Below, piece by piece: positions 57,780 through 64,000 of a stretch of 64,000 bases of DNA. This DNA is from Candidatus Heimdallarchaeota archaeon (GTDB taxonomy: Archaea > Asgardarchaeota > Wukongarchaeia > Wukongarchaeales > JBHIFL01): positions 111,026 through 175,025 of the forward strand of contig JBHIFL010000001.1 in NCBI GenBank assembly GCA_046761065.1, read 5' to 3'. The notes under the pieces were generated by a model. That model ran no database searches and had not been told where the DNA came from. It worked only from the letters and a program-made list of their open reading frames with translations. The position numbers and the translations under genes were made by a program. Numbering within the stretch: position 1 is the first letter of the stretch; the number at the start of each line of letters is the position of its first letter.

Positions 57780-58047
57780 TTGACTACCCCACCCTGTTGG
57801 CCGGGACTTCGGGCGAAGATTACCGTCCGACAACCGTTAGCAGTTGGATTCGCCCCCGGGAGACCCACGCATCCCCCTACATCCTGCCCGCACGGGTTCA
57901 GAAGTCCCTTGGCGGATTTATACCCCTATTCAGCTCTAGTTCCGTTGCTCCATCTTCATAAATTATTTTGCTCATAATGATGTAAATCCTGTGTAGGCGA
58001 TTCACCTCCCCGAGTGCGCCGGTGTCTCCTCGCCATTTTCAGAGAAA
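57780..58047 (-). mobile_element. Non-autonomous IS200/IS605 element (PATE-like) with omegaRNA-like core, copy B
   Basis: The minus strand reads GAAAATGGCGAGGAGAC...GGTGAATCG ... GAAGTCCCGGCCAACAGGGTGGGGTAGTCAA; inverted copy of 50666-50930. Confidence 0.8.
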
Positions 58048-58385
58048 GTCTGTCTACACATAAGGCCTGTTTGTACCACATTAAACCTTTTACGGGGGTA
58101 CTGGAGTGAGTTGGAGCCTCTAAAACAAAATATCTATGAGTTTCTGGGATCATTGCATTTGAGGGGTGGTGATAGGGGAGCATGGGGTTAGGATCATCCA
58201 AGGCGTTCTATATAGGGAGGATCTGAGTCCATATGGGGTCCTAAACCGTTATTGGGGCACAGAAGCAATCTAGAGTCGCCTTTGCCGAACGATTGCGATT
58301 TTCTGTGTCTACCGTGTCTGATGGGAAGAATGGTGGAACATGATGTTAGGAGATAAAAGGGAAAACTGCACCCCTTGTAGGGTGG

Positions 58386-59237
58386 GTGGGAGTGAGGAGA
58401 AGGCAGATTAGAGATGATATTCAAAAATTAACAATACAGGCATTTATGAGCCCTAAAAATCAGAGATCTTTGGAAAATATTATTTTGCAATTAAAGATGA
58501 TGTATCCCTTCAATAGTTCAACCAACACGGCTTGTCCAAGTGGGATTGGATTATTCAGCTGTAGGTCTTTCGAAACGAGGGGGATATTACCCAAAATAAT
58601 AAGTGTCTTCGTCGTATTGCTAATATTGGAGGGATTTAACGTGGAAGTGGTGGATCTGAACAAAACGACTAAGGTTGACGCCTTAATAAATATCTTGACG
58701 AATGTTGAAGGGAGGATGAGGGATCGGGAGGATGCAGCTAATGAACTGGGGAGATTAGGAGATAGAAAAGCGGTCTCTCCGCTCCTTTATACACTCCAAG
58801 AGGAAAATAGCTATCTTCGTACAATCATCGTGAAGGCCCTTGGGCTTCTCCGGGATGCGCGAGCCCTCAACGCTCTCCTCCAGGCAATGCAGGATGACAA
58901 CCGGACGGTTCGAAGAGCCACAGCCACCGCCCTTGGAAAACTTCAGGATGGGAGAGCCGTTCCCGTCCTCTTACAAGCCCTTCATGATAAAGACTGGGAA
59001 GTTCAACAACATGCCGCCGAAGCTCTTGAAGCGATTGGAGACCCAGCAGTCGTTCCACTCATCGAGAGGCTCCAAGATGAATCCAAATATGTTCGCAGGG
59101 CCGCTGCGAGGGTACTCGGCGCGATCGCTGATCAAAAAGCGATCGAACCCCTGAAACAGGCATTGAACGATGAAGATCGCGATGTTCGGATAGTAGCCAA
59201 GAAATCCTTAGATAAAATCTGGAAAAAACCCGGATGA
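58386..59237 (+). CDS. HEAT (PBS-lyase/HEAT_2) repeat protein
   Basis: About six repeats of R..AA.ALG.L.D..A...L...L.D. The true start is probably the GTG near 58641, after GGAGG. Confidence 0.88.
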   Translation: MGVRRRQIRDDIQKLTIQAFMSPKNQRSLENIILQLKMMYPFNSSTNTACPSGIGLFSCRSFETRGILPKIISVFVVLLILEGFNVEVVDLNKTTKVDALINILTNVEGRMRDREDAANELGRLGDRKAVSPLLYTLQEENSYLRTIIVKALGLLRDARALNALLQAMQDDNRTVRRATATALGKLQDGRAVPVLLQALHDKDWEVQQHAAEALEAIGDPAVVPLIERLQDESKYVRRAAARVLGAIADQKAIEPLKQALNDEDRDVRIVAKKSLDKIWKKPG

Positions 59238-59374
59238 CTCAGAAAGACGGGAAAACGTAGAGGAGACAACCGAGCGCCGGTTTAGGGGCGCAATTACTTG
59301 CAGGAAGTGATCCAGAAAGCGGCGAATAATCTGAAGTAGCAATCCATCATTTTTGTTGTGAGGTCCGTGTAACA

Positions 59375-59744
59375 GCACACATTCTCCACTTCACCGATGA
59401 TTATGGCATTTGCATACTGCAAACTTCATGTGGACGCATTGAAGTGTGGATTCCGCCTAGCACAATTGGTATTCCTCTTTTTCTATAAAGATTAGAAATC
59501 TCGTACGCCCAAGTGATGTTTTCTGTGAAGCAGTTAAACCTACTAAATCAGCCTTTTGAAATTTAAAAGGTGTAAAATTTTCATCTGCAATTTCTACTGT
59601 CCAACTATGAGGTGTTAGTGCTGCAATTATCCCTAGCCCTAATGGTTGAAAGCGAGAGTTTGGATTCACCGTTAACCCTACTCGACCGGGATTGACCGAG
59701 TATATCAGTAGTAATTTCTTTACTATTTTTCCCTCTGTCTCCAT
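59375..59744 (-). pseudogene. B12-binding radical SAM protein, N-terminal remnant
   Basis: QPLGLGIIAALTP...DEN...DLVGLT, then frameshifted AYEISNLYRKRGIPIVLGGIH.S..P.E and YANAIIIGEVE. The radical SAM domain is absent. Confidence 0.8.
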
Positions 59745-59834
59745 AGGTCCGATAGAGTGGTGAAAGATCAATAACTAGAATTTTTAGTTTCATTTAAATC
59801 CCAAAATCATATATATTGCGATGAAGGTGATTTA

Positions 59835-60230
59835 ATGCCCAAAAAGTGTGCTTGGTGTAAAGAACCTTGTCAAGAAGTTATTCTTGGTGAGTTTACCTTC
59901 AGAGGAACAACATTTCATGCGGATTTCTGTAGTTTAGATCACGTAGAGGAAACCCGTCAATTTCTTAAATTCGCAGAAACCCACTTATTGCATTTTTTCT
60001 TCGGTCTAATTGTACCAGGGATCCTTGGAATCATCCTTGTCGCCAGTAATCTAAGTAGTTTGGGGGTGTTTACCATATTCGCAGGTATTGGAATCACAAG
60101 CATAATCTTCCCGTTTGCTACATCCCAAACCAATGACTTGCTTGGTTTCAGAAAGGCTATTATTCTTGTTCGACTCCTAGGCATCATTATAATAGGCTTG
60201 GGAATCCTTTTCGGCATTAAGATGAGCTAG
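59835..60230 (+). CDS. Small membrane protein with N-terminal TRASH-like Cys motif
   Basis: CAWC...FCS..H followed by 3 TM helices; AGGTGA ribosome-binding site. Confidence 0.65.
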   Translation: MPKKCAWCKEPCQEVILGEFTFRGTTFHADFCSLDHVEETRQFLKFAETHLLHFFFGLIVPGILGIILVASNLSSLGVFTIFAGIGITSIIFPFATSQTNDLLGFRKAIILVRLLGIIIIGLGILFGIKMS

Positions 60231-60776
60231 AACTGTGAATTGGATAGGTTAATACGCTTCTGTTTCGAATTTCTCTTCATTAGCCGAAAAAACAACACCG
60301 CTTTAACTTCGTGAGAATCTTTGAATGGAGTCTATGTGTACTCTACGCATCAACAGGGTATTGGGAAGGGTACACCAATCGCTATAGGAGAAATACCGCA
60401 GGTAATATCTGGATAGGTTCCAATACTCAGGTCAGATCTCCGTATTCGTGCCTTATCTCGTAACAGCATCTATAATCGTATCTTAGAAGTGTAACCTCAG
60501 TTGATCTAGGGCTTTCAACGGTGTTAGGTTTATTTTAAAGCAAACAGAGAATCGATAACATTGGAACTGAGTTTGTGAATAGCTGCCGACCCTAGAAAGA
60601 ATATCATCTTTTTATATAATGGGTATTTGAAAATGCCTAGCTTGTTATTGGTGAATTCTCCTCACAAACAACAGTTTTGGATTTAAAGAGTAGAAATAGC
60701 CGCAAACACCTCTTTTTTGAGAGGGAGGAAACACATTAGTATGAGGTATAACCGCTAAAAGAACTGGTGGACTCGA

Positions 60777-62081
60777 ATGAATCCGAATGTTCTGGTCGAT
60801 CTTGGAATTATCGTTGCGATAGCCTATCTAGTCTCAAAACTATTTCAGAGGGTGGGAGTGCCACAAGTTATTGGGTTTATGCTAGTTGGAATCATTTTAG
60901 GAAGATCCGGCTTTTATTTTATCACCAAAGGGATGTTGCTAAGCCTCCAACCCTTTGTTGATTTGGCCTTGGGGTTTATCGGCTTTAATATTGGGCGAGA
61001 GATGGAACTATCCCTGCTTCGGCGTGGAAGTAGGGAAATTATGGTTATTTTAATGTTTGAAACCCTATTAGCCTTTACATTCGTCTTCTTAGGCTTCTAT
61101 GCTTATTTTGGAGATCGCCCAACTGCCTTGCTGTTCGGAGCCCTAGCAGCAGCCACCGCGCCCGCGGCAACAGTGGATGTGATCTGGGAATATCGCGCCC
61201 GAGGAGTATTGACGCAGACGTTACTGTTCATTCTGGCGCTGGATGATATCATCGGGGTGATCCTGACCCGATTAATGATCGCATATACGGAAGCCACCCT
61301 CACCACCGGAGCGATATCATTTGCGCGGATTGGCCTACTCGCATTAGGGGAAATTGGCGGCTCGTTAGCATTAGGAGTGATCCTAGGTTGGCTAGTCTCC
61401 AATATCGTGCGAATCAAGCATAAGAAAGGCGAGATCATTGTTCTAGCCACTGCAAGTGTACTCCTATGCACCGGATTGGCGGAAATGTGCGAATTATCCC
61501 CGATCTTAGCTAATATCACCTTTGGAGCGGCGTTGGCGAACCTGTCCGAGGAAGCAAATCACTCATTTGAGGAAGTTGAAGAAACTGCAACCCCCATCTA
61601 TGTTCTGTTCTTCGTGTTGATTGGCGCGAGCCTGGATCTGTCCATCATAGGAGCGGTGTTAGGTATTAGTATGATGTATGTCGTCCTAAGATCCGTCGGA
61701 AAATTTGGCGGCGTACTCATCGGAGGAAGAATGGTAAAAGCTGCGCCCGTGGTCCAAAAGAATCTGGGACTGTGTCTCTGGTCCCAAGCGGGAGTCACAT
61801 TAGGACTCGCAATGGTAATTTACTCCGAGTTTCCAGTTTTGGGAGCCGCCGGGCAAGAATTGGCAGAATTAATAATCGGGGTCATAGCGGTGTCCACCCT
61901 CATCGTGCAAATCCTTGGCCCGTCTGGCGTGAAATTGGCGATAAAACGCGCAGGAGAGATTGGCCAAGACCCCAGTAGGCCAATTCACCCACCTCACCGG
62001 CCTGTACGACGTCGGGAAATCGTGCCCCCTGGAGACCTTCCTTACTGTGAGATTCCGAGTGATGAATCCGATGCCACGTGA
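60777..62081 (+). CDS. Cation:proton antiporter (CPA family)
   Basis: About 12 TM segments; VPQVIGFMLVGIILG, ATAPAAT, LALDD, FFVLIGA, R..GK and QAGV.LGLA. Confidence 0.9.
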   Translation: MNPNVLVDLGIIVAIAYLVSKLFQRVGVPQVIGFMLVGIILGRSGFYFITKGMLLSLQPFVDLALGFIGFNIGREMELSLLRRGSREIMVILMFETLLAFTFVFLGFYAYFGDRPTALLFGALAAATAPAATVDVIWEYRARGVLTQTLLFILALDDIIGVILTRLMIAYTEATLTTGAISFARIGLLALGEIGGSLALGVILGWLVSNIVRIKHKKGEIIVLATASVLLCTGLAEMCELSPILANITFGAALANLSEEANHSFEEVEETATPIYVLFFVLIGASLDLSIIGAVLGISMMYVVLRSVGKFGGVLIGGRMVKAAPVVQKNLGLCLWSQAGVTLGLAMVIYSEFPVLGAAGQELAELIIGVIAVSTLIVQILGPSGVKLAIKRAGEIGQDPSRPIHPPHRPVRRREIVPPGDLPYCEIPSDESDAT

Positions 62082-62727
62082 TGATTTGGGCGATGCCACG
62101 TACAGTCGATCTTCGAACAGGGCGGGGATGGCTGTTATGGTCCCTTACGTGCAGTCACTGTGTGCACCGCATCACTCTGTAAAGGAACACCCAGACAATC
62201 CAGATTTGCAGTTCTTGCAAGTAACGGATGTTCGGGCTTCGCGCCCCAAGGAGTGATCAAAGAAAGTAGTTCCGGATCACGGATGTGCGTGTATTCTCCA
62301 TCCATACGAGAGCTTAGGATAGTTTGAAAAACGTTAAACCTCAAGTCTCTGCCGTTTGGCGTATTGGAATGACCTTGATGGAAGAATGCCACGAGTATAC
62401 CTGTTTCACGAATGTATAGTTGGTGTCACGAATGTTAGAAGCGGCTTAAATCAATAAAAACTTCATCCTCCAGTTTTTGCAGTGTAATCCTTCTTAACTG
62501 ATCTCCCAACCATGGTGCGGGGGGACGTTCCATGGATCACAAATGTGCCATGCCTCCGTGGGGACACTTGTACGACTAGGAATCTCCAACCAGTTGATTT
62601 CATCTTAATCCCAGAAGGCATAGCTGGTTTTCTTCTCGCGACACTCCTCTTAACGCTAATTCCTATGTGACAATGAAATGAGGCAAGAGAGGTTAATTTG
62701 CCAATCACTCTAACCTATAAATCACCC

Positions 62728-63177
62728 TCAACCTATCGATTCAAGATTAATTACTTCGATATTCATTCTATTTGCATACTGTAATATGAATTTATCCGAT
62801 GTGACGAGTGGGAATGCGTATTTCCGAGCGGTTGCTACGTGAAATGCGTCAAAAAAGTGAAGTTTTCTTGGGCCCCCATACAGACTGTAGTATTTCAGTG
62901 CACTGATTGAGATGCCAAGAGTAGAATTCATGCATTTGTGTTTTATTGCAGCTAGATCTCCTAAAATCCTTATAATTTGCGAATTTGTTGTTCCCTGGGA
63001 CTTATAGGCAGTTATAATGTCCATATACAATTCTGGGGATCCTATGAGCGTTATTTGGTCAGTATTTGCTTTCTCGATAAGTATGGCTGAATGATCCGCC
63101 AAGGCATTGTCTGCCAAATAGGCGATGAGAACATCCGCATCGATCAGAACCTTTGTTTCAAGGGTTTTCATGTGCAA
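62728..63177 (-). CDS. vapC: VapC-like PIN domain toxin
   Basis: LIDADVLIA and FFDAFHVATA......VTSD; overlaps the antitoxin stop. Confidence 0.85.
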   Translation of the reverse strand: MHMKTLETKVLIDADVLIAYLADNALADHSAILIEKANTDQITLIGSPELYMDIITAYKSQGTTNSQIIRILGDLAAIKHKCMNSTLGISISALKYYSLYGGPRKLHFFDAFHVATARKYAFPLVTSDKFILQYANRMNIEVINLESIG

Positions 63178-63391
63178 GCGCCTTCAGATATTTTTCTTGA
63201 TCTTCTTCGATCTCTTCTATGGATTTTTCGAGTCGATATTTTCCCCTCAAGCTGTCAACAGGCGGTATAGGCACCAATCGGATTTCTCCCTCGAAAAGTT
63301 CCACCAAGAAGCGATTAGTTTTTATTTTATCTCGGATTTCTTTTGGAATTACTATTCTACCCTTATTATTATACTCAACTACATGACTCAT
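63158..63391 (-). CDS. vapB: AbrB/MazE-like antitoxin
   Basis: NNKGRIVIPKEIRDKI...IRLVP; directly upstream of the PIN toxin. Confidence 0.85.
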   Translation of the reverse strand: MSHVVEYNNKGRIVIPKEIRDKIKTNRFLVELFEGEIRLVPIPPVDSLRGKYRLEKSIEEIEEDQEKYLKALAHENP

Positions 63392-63479
63392 TTTACAACA
63401 TAATTAGTTTTTTCCCACCCAAAATAATATTTTCCCATATATGTAATATATTTCCCAATTCAATAATTCCAAGCAACTT

Positions 63480-63604
63480 GAAGTTGCAGTTCGGTGCGGT
63501 AGACGCTTCTCGAGCACTTGAGGCGCTATCCCTCCGTGGTACCGCTCGTGCGCCTTGACCCCCCTTCGAAAGTGGAACACGGCTTCTATGGTCGGTGGTT
63601 TCAC
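63480..63604 (+). mobile_element. GC-rich structured segment ending like an IS200/IS605 right end
   Basis: Stem TTGAGGCGC/GCGCCTTGA and terminal CACGGCTTCTATGGTCGGTGGTTTCAC, set in AT-rich flanks. Confidence 0.35.
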
Positions 63605-63640
63605 GCACTAAAAAGCTAAAAAATTATGAGGGACTTTATT

Positions 63641-63932
63641 ATGAAATATAATCCAATTCCGTTCTTACTCGAAGCAACTCAACCATGGATCACATATAAT
63701 GTGTTCAAGAACCTCATTTCTGAACACACTAATGCAAAACTCCTATTGAAAGCTAAAAAAGCAATGATGGACGCCCCCTGCTTCAAGAATCGATAAAAAT
63801 CGCCCTTAACTGGGAAATATACAGTTAAAGCGTCACAACGATGTTACTCATCCCATTCACCGGCTCAAATTATTAGTTGAACTGGGAGATGATCAAAAAG
63901 ATCCAAGGATTCCAAAATCCTCCGATTTGTAA
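63641..63932 (+). pseudogene. Decayed N-terminus of an alpha/alpha-toroid (terpene cyclase/prenyltransferase-like) protein
   Basis: MKYNPIPFLLEATQPWITYNVFKNL...*, then in another frame LKRHNDVTHPIHRLKLLVELG....DP*. Confidence 0.45.
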
Positions 63933-64000
63933 TACATTGAGGTTAAATAGCTTGTTGCCCTAAAAGTTGAACCGTGGGAACGCATCTATAGCGATATTTT

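Noticed and set aside
1016-62256. Numerous short antisense or overlapping ORFs in the six-frame track (e.g. 1152-1679, 31643-32098, 32359-32892, 38421-38870, 61103-61519)
   Set aside because: They are shadow ORFs opposite well-supported genes and have no motifs of their own.
62135-62708. ORFs 62135-62392 and 62463-62708
   Set aside because: They show no recognisable motifs or good start signals. They may be decayed sequence, but no call can be supported.
1-64000. CRISPR array, cas genes or rRNA
   Set aside because: I saw no regularly spaced direct repeats, no cas motifs and no rRNA-like sequence.

Overview
This is an archaeal chromosomal window, most likely from an Asgard archaeon. The basis is archaeal housekeeping genes (radA, archaeal alaS, two purP paralogs, rps19e, rnp4) together with eukaryote-like proteins: PRIM1/PRIM2-type primase subunits, a two-domain Rpb5, a Wbp1/OST48-like protein and a longin-like protein. 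It also holds an mre11-rad50-nurA-herA operon whose Rad50 has no CXXC zinc hook, a divergent Cdc6/Orc1-like ATPase, an IPCT/DIPPS-like cluster, a divergent GAPDH-like gene paired with a sugar-isomerase (SIS) gene, a thioredoxin-V4R-V4R protein and vapBC. Three tRNA genes are split by 2-3 introns each. A multicopper oxidase gene lies between tRNA-Arg(CCT) and a decayed copy of that tRNA's 5' half. The best candidate for an undescribed system is a set of IS200/IS605-type non-coding elements. Two ~265 bp protein-less copies keep both transposon ends and a foldable omegaRNA-like core with different flanking 'guides'. A third, IscB/HEARO-like shell encloses a LAGLIDADG remnant. All family assignments come from motif recognition by eye; no database searches were run.
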